Of a stretch of DNA of 64,000 nt, positions 39,001-46,768 are shown piece after piece. Made by a program: the position numbers and the translations under genes. The stretch covers positions 17,286 to 81,285 of the forward strand of contig JAYVPG010000118.1 in assembly GCA_043757545.1 (NCBI GenBank), given 5' to 3'. Numbering within the stretch: position 1 is the stretch's first letter; every line of letters begins with the position of its first letter. Under the pieces are notes generated by a model that ran no database searches, was not told where the DNA came from, and saw nothing but the letters and a program-made list of their open reading frames with translations. The stretch is from Pseudobdellovibrionaceae bacterium. Its GTDB lineage: Bacteria; Bdellovibrionota; Bdellovibrionia; Bdellovibrionales; UBA1609.

Positions 39001-39807
39001 ATTAAAATTGAAATTTTGCACAACCTCGATTCGAAACCCTACATTGAGGACCCTCAATTTTTGTCCAAGGTAGAAATCACAGTGCAGGTTGGGCAGAAAT
39101 CTTTAACTGAAATTAGTCTCTCCCGAGACGTCACACAGTTTGCCGCCATCGACAAGAAGCTAAGTAAAAAGCAAGCTCTTGCGACGGCCTATCACGAAGC
39201 CGGGCATGCAGTTATGAACGACTTTGAGGTTACCGGATCAAAACTTAAATACGTTACTGTATTAGGGTCCGAGGGAAATCTCGGTTTTGCTCTTTACGAA
39301 GATGCTAAAGATCATAATTATAGTCCCACAGATGAAGCCAAGCTCAAGATTTTACTGAGTCGTTCACTTGGAGGCCAAGTGGCTATGGTCATGGGCGGTC
39401 ACGCTCCCGACGCTGGATGGGGTGGAGACCTTTTAACGGCCAGGAAACTTGCACAAAAATACGTTTCTGAATGGTCCCTAAATAAGGAATTATTAGGCAT
39501 GGTCATCGGCAAGGACGACGCACCGGTATTCAGCCAAGCACAAATCACCCAAATTTCTGCGAGCTCGGAACACCTTCTAACACAATCAATTGATTACACG
39601 ATTGAAACTCTAGCGAAGAGATGGGACTTAATCGAGGCTGTGAAATCTAAGCTGATGGAGGACGGCTACGTGACTGAAGATCAATTTGATCAGATGAAGC
39701 GAAATTGGATTGAAAGCGACTTGGGAGAAAACCCCAGCGCCAAGCCGATGCGAAGCGACTGTGCAGAGTTGTTGATTTCAAGGCCAAAAAGTGGAAATCG
39801 CAGGTGA
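36043..39807 (+). CDS. Signal-peptide-bearing triple AAA+ (Clp-like) ATPase fused to an M41 (FtsH-like) zinc protease domain
   Basis: Walker A APPGVGKT, GPSGTGKT, GPTGVGKT; Walker B FMDEVH, LIDEAE, VLDEFS; TAYHEAGHA..LGG..GGDL. Confidence 0.85.
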   Translation: MKNLFIQFVLLATVGVGTQSSAASFQSRLEVHGSNAAKIILTVAEFVGDAEVEAIKSETSHRIEGRDSEANDILDTLVRMKSRMPVLVAPPGVGKTAIVQRAIQKTITRDYPDSPAFQEGLAKAEWIQITPGRIMKIAKSTNDISKAKAIEDFFDAVISIEAELKVKVIVFMDEVHNLDPSQVEALLPYLESQGKSVRFVGATNANKLTLAFGDNEAFLRRMRTIAVQEFDDETILNLIDKSWIPTIQSKYAVQFSDEAKRRFIAFGTILNPDGGKFDAAIKVAQDFAIWNQRNKKEKILSQENLFDFFKEKTGFPVDPFNRSELRQYLDSIQKTITAKLVGQPRMIQDALDIFRDIILGTKKEMGVLAIVGPSGTGKTELGKMIAKYGFNNPRSFLKIDATEYSGENDGAFNKLFGAASGLVTSNKRVGILPEYFDDPSQGKYGGVLLIDEAERASPNFWERLMEFFEEGTFRGGDGKLRKARRHIVILTSNRGDKILFPEEMQKLEKSRVIDYANSVQESDIKKLFQIKTSGKDDFQIPVPVLNRIDRFTISVPLHADDVAEISTNFALNETLAIESLFQMSLKLDSKIVGRIGKTSFDPQYGARPTERALATFFNRIKDKILSSSEAIKDQVLTVDEEVVSADDANAVGRIAGNVLFKLKLPRLILDEPLLGSELAEKIKQFDEVVAKMIIGQDDAVKRVREAVISFLSTPKKMRGTFSVMLLGPTGVGKTELGKAVAMALFGGSSQAEIIPMGEILRESDFTTIIGSSPGYVGSLEVRRLEKALMSHPDGGVIVLDEFSNMGGKDPTVKEELIMRLYNFFEEGRWTSSATGTTYDLTKYLFVLTGNDGEELYRGISSDQIRLETWKRNNGPAVLHKMLVSKGVPEAFLGRQADIIDMKPLMRSEVKGVADKLIEPIVRRFSNLGYKVEVSENFNEQFGKMFFTQDKGARSLRSIAQVKLNALISEAVSISKASGKTANEGRWIKIEILHNLDSKPYIEDPQFLSKVEITVQVGQKSLTEISLSRDVTQFAAIDKKLSKKQALATAYHEAGHAVMNDFEVTGSKLKYVTVLGSEGNLGFALYEDAKDHNYSPTDEAKLKILLSRSLGGQVAMVMGGHAPDAGWGGDLLTARKLAQKYVSEWSLNKELLGMVIGKDDAPVFSQAQITQISASSEHLLTQSIDYTIETLAKRWDLIEAVKSKLMEDGYVTEDQFDQMKRNWIESDLGENPSAKPMRSDCAELLISRPKSGNRR

Positions 39808-39855
39808 TTTATATTTGTCACGCAGCCGTCGAATCAAATAGTGGTCGAGAAAATC

Positions 39856-39925
39856 AATATCACGGGGGCGCTCCAGCGCTTCCCTGGCCCTAAGCGATAT
39901 GTTCGCTTTGAAAAGAGCGTCCCCG
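39856..39925. repeat. Structured repeat element A (three-way-junction hairpin), inverted homolog of element B
   Basis: CGGGGGCGCTC/GAGCGTCCCCG outer stem with inner CAG/CTG and AAGCGA/TCGCTT hairpins. Confidence 0.65.
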
Positions 39926-40036
39926 CCATATCCGTTTTAAGCCAGGTTCGATAGGCGTCGACTTTTATTCACTCAACGTACTTGGCCGGTCATCGCTTGC
40001 CCAAAACCACATTTTTAATGTAAGTCTTAAATTCCT

Positions 40037-40363
40037 ATGAAGCGAAAAAAAGCAGCGCCTCAAAAATCGAAACCTCCGCGTAAGTCAGCTGATATTCCAG
40101 TGACGAGCAAGATGCTTGATGAGGCCCGCTTTGAACTCAAGCATGAAATTCAATCCTTTCGGCATGAAGTGAAGGGTGAATTCAGAGATGTGAGGTCGGC
40201 CATATCTAAAGTTCAAGCCGACGTCGAAAAAGTGCTGGCGGCGGTCCATCGAGTGGGTCTTCTTGTGGAAGAGCAAAATGCCAGAAACAAATATGTCCTT
40301 GATGGCTACACCAGCCTCTCGGATCGCATTGATAAGGTTGAAAAACAGACCAAAGACGTCTAA
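40037..40363 (+). CDS. Small coiled-coil hypothetical protein
   Basis: Basic N-terminus followed by heptad pattern LKHEIQSFRHEVKGEFRDVRSAISKVQADVEKV. Confidence 0.7.
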   Translation: MKRKKAAPQKSKPPRKSADIPVTSKMLDEARFELKHEIQSFRHEVKGEFRDVRSAISKVQADVEKVLAAVHRVGLLVEEQNARNKYVLDGYTSLSDRIDKVEKQTKDV

Positions 40364-40427
40364 GGCCGCCTTGCCTCGGGTGAAGCCGCACTCGCCCCAA
40401 ATGCTTCGCTCATCTGACCGAGGCCAT

Positions 40428-40564
40428 GGGGACGCTCCATACTGCCTCTAGAGAGGCCAACGGGGACCATATGTAGGTATTCGCGACGGGTCCCCAGCCA
40501 CTCCAACGACCGAGGGTTTCAGATCGCTTAGGCCGAGGGTATCTACATTGGCCCCCGTAATATT
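40428..40564. repeat. Structured repeat element B, inverted homolog of element A with ~70-nt insertion
   Basis: GGGGACGCTC, ATCGCTTAGG and GCCCCCGTAATATT are reverse complements of three colinear blocks in 39856-39924. Confidence 0.65.
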
Positions 40565-41033
40565 CCTTTCCTATACAGCTGTAGTTTACCGAGCGAAGGT
40601 AACCCACCTCAACTACGTTTGTTTTTACAACTTTTGGTTACTCGAACTTTCGAAAAATCCTCTCCGACGGCGGTCATCCATTTTGAGTTATGAAGCGAGC
40701 CCGGAAAAAATACGCGCGAGCTCAGTACCAAAAATGAAAAAAATCGATTGGTCGCATGAGTGCTGGATTTTATTCGGGCGGGCCATTCGGCCTGCAGACA
40801 TGATATCTCCCAACTCCCAGCGGCCCCAAAATCGTGCGCGCACAGTTCAGGGCACCCCAGATTGGGTGCGCGTTCATGACTGCTCAAACAGCCCGAAACG
40901 CCCAAAACCTGTAGTCAATCGACCACTTAAGTTCGGTGACAATTCATGGCCAAAGTGTTGGAAAATTAACAGGCGAAAAAATAATAATTTTTACTTACAA
41001 TGCCAACTGTTAGTCCAATCTTGAGGGTGAAAT

Positions 41034-42125
41034 ATGTACATGAAAATATTTATTGCTATCGCTGTGTTGCAGATCTCGACGCCGGCACTGGCCGTCAAAA
41101 GTACTGTAAATGGCTCTACTCCAAGTAAGGCTTGTGAGGTGGTTCTAACAGCTGTAAGGCAGGATCTCAGGCAGACTTCAGAGATCACAACGAATAAACC
41201 CGAAATAGCAAAGATTCTTGGAAAGGACGTCTCTTCTATATACTCCACGTCGACCTCCCTCAATCAACGAGCTGCTTTTGTTGATACGCGCGAAGGAGAA
41301 TCTTATTTTGTAGATATCAAAAATAAAGTCTCACTGCGTGTCGATTGGAATATTACCTCGAACGTCAAGGCCGGTAATAGCGAGTGGAGTCAAGATGGCA
41401 GGCGCGTCTTACTAAAGGGATTCTCAGCCCGCATGATTGATATTTCCAATTTTCTAAATGGCCAGGATAGCGTTAACGCCACAGTTCCTCTGACAGAGAT
41501 GGATCCCTTCTATCGCACTGGAAACTATACCCCCGAATCGACGTACGTTAATAAATTAGCGCTCTCGAAAAATGGCAAAATGGTGTTTATAGGCACTGAC
41601 CCCGTGATCCTGAAGTATCCTCTCGATTCACTCGTTCCAGAGGAAACTGTCAGACTCGATAACACATTTATAATTGATGGTCGCCCATGCGAAATGAACT
41701 CTTTAGATTATATTTTTAAGAAATTTTCTGACGACAGTCGTAGGTTGGCTATTGTGTCAAAATTTTATGATCGCCGAGTTAATGAGACCATGATTGTCGC
41801 TCTTATTTACGACACTCTATCAGGGCGCCTTTTGGTAGCCCAAAAATTGACTACTGTATTAATACCGAAACTCAATGATCGAAGCCAGTTGCAGTCCGTT
41901 GGGGCTCAATTGAAGCGTGACTTGGGATGGAACTACGCTGCGATGTCCAGAGAACAACATTTAAAAAATGTTAAGATTGATTTTTCAAAGGAAAAACTGC
42001 GGATTACCTTAGAGTCACAAGACTTGATAGTCGGAGAGTACAGTCACAATGGGGCTACGGCATATGTGCCACAAATTCCTGGAGAGATCCAAAGAAGCCA
42101 GTATTCAATCGACTTGCCAAAATAA
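41034..42125 (+). CDS. Exported hypothetical protein with beta-propeller-like (WD40/PD40-type) repeats
   Basis: Signal peptide ending PALA; WSQDGRRVLL, LSKNGKMVFI, FSDDSRRLAI. Confidence 0.75.
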   Translation: MYMKIFIAIAVLQISTPALAVKSTVNGSTPSKACEVVLTAVRQDLRQTSEITTNKPEIAKILGKDVSSIYSTSTSLNQRAAFVDTREGESYFVDIKNKVSLRVDWNITSNVKAGNSEWSQDGRRVLLKGFSARMIDISNFLNGQDSVNATVPLTEMDPFYRTGNYTPESTYVNKLALSKNGKMVFIGTDPVILKYPLDSLVPEETVRLDNTFIIDGRPCEMNSLDYIFKKFSDDSRRLAIVSKFYDRRVNETMIVALIYDTLSGRLLVAQKLTTVLIPKLNDRSQLQSVGAQLKRDLGWNYAAMSREQHLKNVKIDFSKEKLRITLESQDLIVGEYSHNGATAYVPQIPGEIQRSQYSIDLPK

Positions 42126-42130
42126 ATTCT

Positions 42131-42480
42131 TTGATGATCATCGCGACCGAGCTCGCCAATCAGGTGAGCTTGGTTCTCGATAACAGCGGCGGGCGCCAAT
42201 GGCGCGCTTACCGGTTCGGGCCGCTGAATTCCCAGGGCTGCAACCGCTCGGATCACGGCGCAATCATGTGGCCGAGTGACCATGATGCCTACGCGTGGAC
42301 CCTAGACAAAACCAACCCCAAAATCGCCCCTCCAGCGCACTTGAAGTCAATGCCGCGAAATAGCGACGCCCATCGTTGGACATTTGATTTTTGCATCGGC
42401 TTTGATCTCGCCAACCTTCTTTTTAGTCTGAGCCAGCTGAGCCGACATTTCTTTTTTAAAAGTGGATTCACGTTCGCAGA
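42131..42480. pseudogene. Possible gene remnant(s)
   Basis: Open + frame with GC-rich third positions but no RBS; a short protein-like minus-strand frame at the right end. Confidence 0.2.
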
Positions 42481-42499
42481 CGATTTGGAAATGCAATTA

Positions 42500-42515
42500 T
42501 GGCGGAGTGTTTGCA
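42500..42515 (+). promoter_or_regulatory. Sigma54 (-24/-12) promoter
   Basis: TGGCGG-AGTGT-TTGCA, GG-N10-GC, just upstream of ATG 42528. Confidence 0.55.
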
Positions 42516-42527
42516 ATAGTCAGCGGA

Positions 42528-44315
42528 ATGCTCCAGATATTCCCTCGTTTGGCCTATAGGGCCGGATTTTTGCCACTATTTGTCGTCTTGGGGACGATCT
42601 TTGCTCCATCCTTCGTGCACGCGACGAAGCCGTTGGCACCCGATACAGAGCTTGCGGTCTATAGGTTTTACTCGAGCGCGAACAAGGCCTCGGCACTCGT
42701 TGCTGCCTATAAACTGGACGGTCAACTATTCGCACCGAAGCAAGTCGGGAAGTTAACATTAAGGGGTCTTGAAGCCAAAGGTTGTGAAGATGCACTGCTT
42801 GAGAACTTGGAGAATTTCGCCCTTGGAATGATGAAGTCGGTTGAATATTTGAGCGACGATGAGTTTGCCAATCAAGTTGCAACCATGCGCCGGCTAGAGC
42901 CAGGACAGGTTACGTTTATAGAATCCACGCGACCGGTTCCTAAGGATGAGGTTCAGGCACATCCTGAACTCTATCCCCTGGGGCGGAGAAGTCCGCGTCC
43001 GGATATCGAGCGACCGAACGCGGTACATATTCGCCAGGCCTCACTTTGGGTGGTCTCTGGACAGGTCATGTATCCACACCCTCGTGAGATTTTTGAGAAA
43101 GTTCATCCAAATTCGCTGCCGACCGATTTGCATTTCCGCGGTCACATGGGCATCGCGCCTGAAAGCGAATCTTTAGGTCCGCGGGTAATTACGGTTTCGA
43201 TCAACGCTATGCCTTGGCAGCAAGACGATGAATTGTGGAAGAGCGGAAAAATGCCGAGATCTGAGTTCGGATACGCGCAGCTCGATCGCAAAAAATATCC
43301 ACTTGTATGGGAGTTCGGCCGTATGGCTCAGGTCGAGCCCGAACAAATGTATGCCGTTCAACTCGCGGCAATGACGGTTGTACAAGAGGAGCTTGAGGTT
43401 AGCCTTCAGGCCGACCCTAGTGAGGCCTATATTTTTGCACATGCACTCGATCGCCCGCGCATGCGACTGTTTCGCCTAATGGGATTCGAACCCTTAGATC
43501 CGGACTGCACCGGCGAGAATGGGTGTATTATGGTCGCGGCATATGTGAAGTTGATAAAAAACTTTCCTCCTGGTGCGCTGTCTAAACGGGTGCAGGAGAT
43601 TCGTAAAATCTTTAATAACGGAATCGATAACCCGGAGGCGTTGAATATCTTGCGCCGAACACAGACGTACTTTCGTGCCGAATTGGACATGGTTTCAGAA
43701 GAGTTCGGCATCGAGCAGAAGTCGCCGATAGTCTTGCATGATTTTAGTCGGAGTTATGACCAGCTTTTGGGAATCACGGTTAAGCATTGGGGTCAAACAA
43801 CAGACGACGAGGCTCGCGCGGGTGCACGATGGCTCAAATCGATTCGCAACGATCATACGGCCAATAATTCTATTCGCGACAGCATTCCGGTTGAACCGTT
43901 TGTGGAATTGTTTTCTAAGGCCGACGTCGTTCGCCTAACCAACCTTGATCCGGCACTGATTCAAAATAAAAATTATTTTCCGTTGGTGCTTTTGGGCGCC
44001 TATCGATATTTGATCTCTCGCTATACTGAGCTCCACATCGAAAATCCTGTGGACCAAATGAAACGTATCGGTACTCAAATTGTTATTCAAACAACCAATC
44101 TTGCCGTCCTTCAGGCTGGAGTAGACTTGGGCGGAGTTCCGGGGCCACCGTTACCTGGCGCGGACGGGCGCAATCTCTATGTCGTATCCTTTAGCTTGGA
44201 AAGAATCGAAGCTCTTCAGGTTGAGCATGCGAACTTGAACAGGGCGGCCGAGCACGCACTCCAACAAGGTTTTTGGTTCTTTCGTAATATTGGCAGTTTA
44301 CCAATGAAATTTTGA
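42528..44315 (+). CDS. Exported hypothetical protein with a possible GNAT-like acyltransferase domain
   Basis: Signal peptide ending VHA; VWEFGRMA and YIFAHA...RLFRLMGF resemble GNAT motifs A/B. Confidence 0.7.
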   Translation: MLQIFPRLAYRAGFLPLFVVLGTIFAPSFVHATKPLAPDTELAVYRFYSSANKASALVAAYKLDGQLFAPKQVGKLTLRGLEAKGCEDALLENLENFALGMMKSVEYLSDDEFANQVATMRRLEPGQVTFIESTRPVPKDEVQAHPELYPLGRRSPRPDIERPNAVHIRQASLWVVSGQVMYPHPREIFEKVHPNSLPTDLHFRGHMGIAPESESLGPRVITVSINAMPWQQDDELWKSGKMPRSEFGYAQLDRKKYPLVWEFGRMAQVEPEQMYAVQLAAMTVVQEELEVSLQADPSEAYIFAHALDRPRMRLFRLMGFEPLDPDCTGENGCIMVAAYVKLIKNFPPGALSKRVQEIRKIFNNGIDNPEALNILRRTQTYFRAELDMVSEEFGIEQKSPIVLHDFSRSYDQLLGITVKHWGQTTDDEARAGARWLKSIRNDHTANNSIRDSIPVEPFVELFSKADVVRLTNLDPALIQNKNYFPLVLLGAYRYLISRYTELHIENPVDQMKRIGTQIVIQTTNLAVLQAGVDLGGVPGPPLPGADGRNLYVVSFSLERIEALQVEHANLNRAAEHALQQGFWFFRNIGSLPMKF

Positions 44316-44329
44316 CGCTGACCAATTCC

Positions 44330-46021
44330 CTAAATGCCGCCGGCGGCACCCTCGCCGCGCGCATCGAATGCACCTTCGAGTACTCCGCCGTCATTTAGGC
44401 GGACAGCGTAGACCTTGCCCATCCAGCCGGCTTCTTCAATCACATGACCGCGATCACGCAGCCCTTGTAGAATCTCAGGCGAAAAGCGTCGGGCATCGAC
44501 ATAAAGTTTCGTGGGTAGAAACTGATGGTGAACACGCGGTGTTTGCACGGCGACATCCACGTTTAAATTTTGCACGAGCACGCGATATAAAACCTGCAGT
44601 ACACTGCTGATGATGCGTGGGCCGCCGGGAGCCCCAAGACTCATGACGACCTTGTCATTCTTTTCGACGAGGGTAGGGCTCATGCTGCTTAGTGGGCGCT
44701 TTCCAGGTGCGACATTGTTGCCCTCGCCTTGGATAAGACCATACATATTGGCTTCGCCGGGCCGAGTGGTGAAGTCGTCCATTTCGTTATTGAGTGCGAT
44801 GTGAAAGCGATTGCTGACGACCGCACTTCCCCAATCCCCATTCAAGGTCACGGTAAATGCGGCGGCATGACCGTCGCTGTCGAGCACTGAGAAATGAGTG
44901 GTCTCTGTGCTTTCCTTTCCGACTGTCGATTCGTCGAGTGGTTTCAGCGCAACGACTTTTTTCGTGCTGATCGATTTAGCCATTTCATTTAAATAATTTT
45001 CGGAAGATAAAAGTTTGAGAGGATTTTTGTGAAAGTCCGGATCTCCGAGCAATGAACGGCCACGGAACGAACGCGCCTCTATCTCTGCGAGCATATGCAA
45101 TTCATCGATCGATAAAAATGCTTTCGATTTTAGATCCAGTTTTTCGATCAGCTTGAGTCCGGCCAAAATGACCACTCCACCTGAGCTCGGTGGTGGCATC
45201 AGATCAATTTTATAACCCGAAAATTCAGTCTGAATTGGTTCAAGCCAACGAACTTTGTAGTTTTTTAAATCCGCGCGAGTCATTTTGCCGCCAGATTCGC
45301 CAATCGTCTTTACTAAATCGTCGGCAACAGCACCCCCATAAAATCCGTCGACGCCATGGTCGCGAAACTCGATCAACGCTTTTGCAAGGGCTGGCTGTTT
45401 GAGTATTTCGCCAGCGACGTAGGAGGCTCCACCCGTTTTCATAAATGCCTTGCGCCCGCCCTCATTGAAACGTCCCTTTTCATCGTTGGTTCCATGCACC
45501 CATTCACCACTCAAGGGAAATCCATTTTGCGCAAGACGGATCGCATCGGCGAAGAGCAGCGGCCATTTCAACTTTCCGTATTTCTGATGAAGCGCCCATA
45601 GTCCCGCGGGCACGCCCGGAACTCCAACCGCGTGGCCACCGGTGATCGAAGCATCTTTGCCCAAGTTCCTGTAATAATCTTTGCCCATAGCTGCGGGCGC
45701 GACCTCGCGAAAATCGAGGGCTTGCGCGGGGCCGTCCATTTTCACCATCGCAAAGCCGCCACCGCCGAGTGCGGCGAAATAGGGACTTGTGACACTTAGG
45801 GTGAGGGCCACCGCCACCGTGACATCGACGACATTTCCACCTTGGGCAGCTATCTTACGTCCGGTTTCAACTGCGAGTGGGCTAGGGGCAGCGATCATGA
45901 TTTTGTGCCCCTCCGCAGGAATTGCGAAGGAGGCCGATGAATAAACAAATATTAGAAGGGATAAAATTCCGTGATTTCGTAAGGAATACCCGACTCTTTG
46001 ATAAAGTATAAGTTTTTTCAT
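44330..46021 (-). CDS. ggt: Gamma-glutamyltranspeptidase
   Basis: GGNVVD, LGGGGF, DFRE.AP, PPPSSGG, ETTHFS (nucleophile Thr), LNNEMDDF, KRPLSSMSP, GAPGGPRI. Confidence 0.93.
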   Translation of the reverse strand: MKKLILYQRVGYSLRNHGILSLLIFVYSSASFAIPAEGHKIMIAAPSPLAVETGRKIAAQGGNVVDVTVAVALTLSVTSPYFAALGGGGFAMVKMDGPAQALDFREVAPAAMGKDYYRNLGKDASITGGHAVGVPGVPAGLWALHQKYGKLKWPLLFADAIRLAQNGFPLSGEWVHGTNDEKGRFNEGGRKAFMKTGGASYVAGEILKQPALAKALIEFRDHGVDGFYGGAVADDLVKTIGESGGKMTRADLKNYKVRWLEPIQTEFSGYKIDLMPPPSSGGVVILAGLKLIEKLDLKSKAFLSIDELHMLAEIEARSFRGRSLLGDPDFHKNPLKLLSSENYLNEMAKSISTKKVVALKPLDESTVGKESTETTHFSVLDSDGHAAAFTVTLNGDWGSAVVSNRFHIALNNEMDDFTTRPGEANMYGLIQGEGNNVAPGKRPLSSMSPTLVEKNDKVVMSLGAPGGPRIISSVLQVLYRVLVQNLNVDVAVQTPRVHHQFLPTKLYVDARRFSPEILQGLRDRGHVIEEAGWMGKVYAVRLNDGGVLEGAFDARGEGAAGGI

Positions 46022-46072
46022 AGCTCGGGACTCTATCATTCACGATTAACCTATGCTAATTCCTCAAGCCAT

Positions 46073-46768
46073 ATGTCGCGAAGCGGCCAACTCAAAGTCA
46101 GTCGAACCAGTACGATTCCAATTCCCAACGCCTATATATTGGCGCTGCAGGGAGAGTATTCGCCGTGGAGTTATTGCGAGGAGCGCGCGCCTAAATTTCG
46201 TGGAGCATGGCGCGAGCGTTCCTTCGAGGTCAGCCCAGATGTCCCGCTCGATTTAGAGATCGGAACGGGCAACGGCCTGCATTTCGCCGAACGCTCGAAG
46301 GCTAAACCGGATCGATGTTTACTTGGGATTGAGTTAAAATATAAACCTTTGATCCAATCCATTCGTCGTGCGCGCGGTTCAGGATTTAGCAACGCGCGTA
46401 TGGCTCGCTACAACGCTTATTTACTGCCGGAGCTTTTCACCGAGGGTGAACTCAACGACGTGTTTATCTATTTTCCCGATCCCTGGGAGAAGTCGCGTAA
46501 CCACAAGCATCGATTGATTCAGGATGAGTTTTTAAAAAATCTCTTTCGCATGCAACGCTCGGGTTCGCGGCTTTATTTTAAAACCGACAGCCGAGACTAT
46601 TTTGACTGGTCATTGAAACGCTTTGAGCGCAGCGAATACAAAATTGAAAGTCAAACCCTTGATCTGCACAACTCACCTTACGTGCAGGGCAATTTTATCA
46701 CTCAGTTTGAGCAGATATTTATTCGGCAAGGCATAGCCATTGGCTATGCCTGCCTGTTAAAGCCTTAG
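46073..46768 (+). CDS. trmB: tRNA (guanine-N7)-methyltransferase
   Basis: LEIGTGNG, LGIE, YFPDPW.K.RNHKHRL, FKTD, T.FE; exact start uncertain. Confidence 0.9.
   Translation: MSRSGQLKVSRTSTIPIPNAYILALQGEYSPWSYCEERAPKFRGAWRERSFEVSPDVPLDLEIGTGNGLHFAERSKAKPDRCLLGIELKYKPLIQSIRRARGSGFSNARMARYNAYLLPELFTEGELNDVFIYFPDPWEKSRNHKHRLIQDEFLKNLFRMQRSGSRLYFKTDSRDYFDWSLKRFERSEYKIESQTLDLHNSPYVQGNFITQFEQIFIRQGIAIGYACLLKP

Noticed and set aside
39863-39925. Three-way junction resembling a hammerhead ribozyme (GAAA after the second hairpin)
   Set aside because: The CUGANGA catalytic core is absent on both strands
40364-40620. tmRNA, RNase P RNA or c-di-GMP-I/cGAMP (GEMM) riboswitch
   Set aside because: No tRNA-like ends, no GAGGAAAGUCC motif, and GGGACGC is not followed by AAA nor preceded by the GGCAAA/GNRA P2 stem
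40947-40962. Sigma54-like TGGCCA-AAGTG-TTGGA upstream of ORF 41034
   Set aside because: The invariant -12 GC is GG; too weak to call
40548-41024. 158-aa ORF in the track
   Set aside because: TTG start without RBS, atypical composition, overlaps hairpin elements; probably spurious
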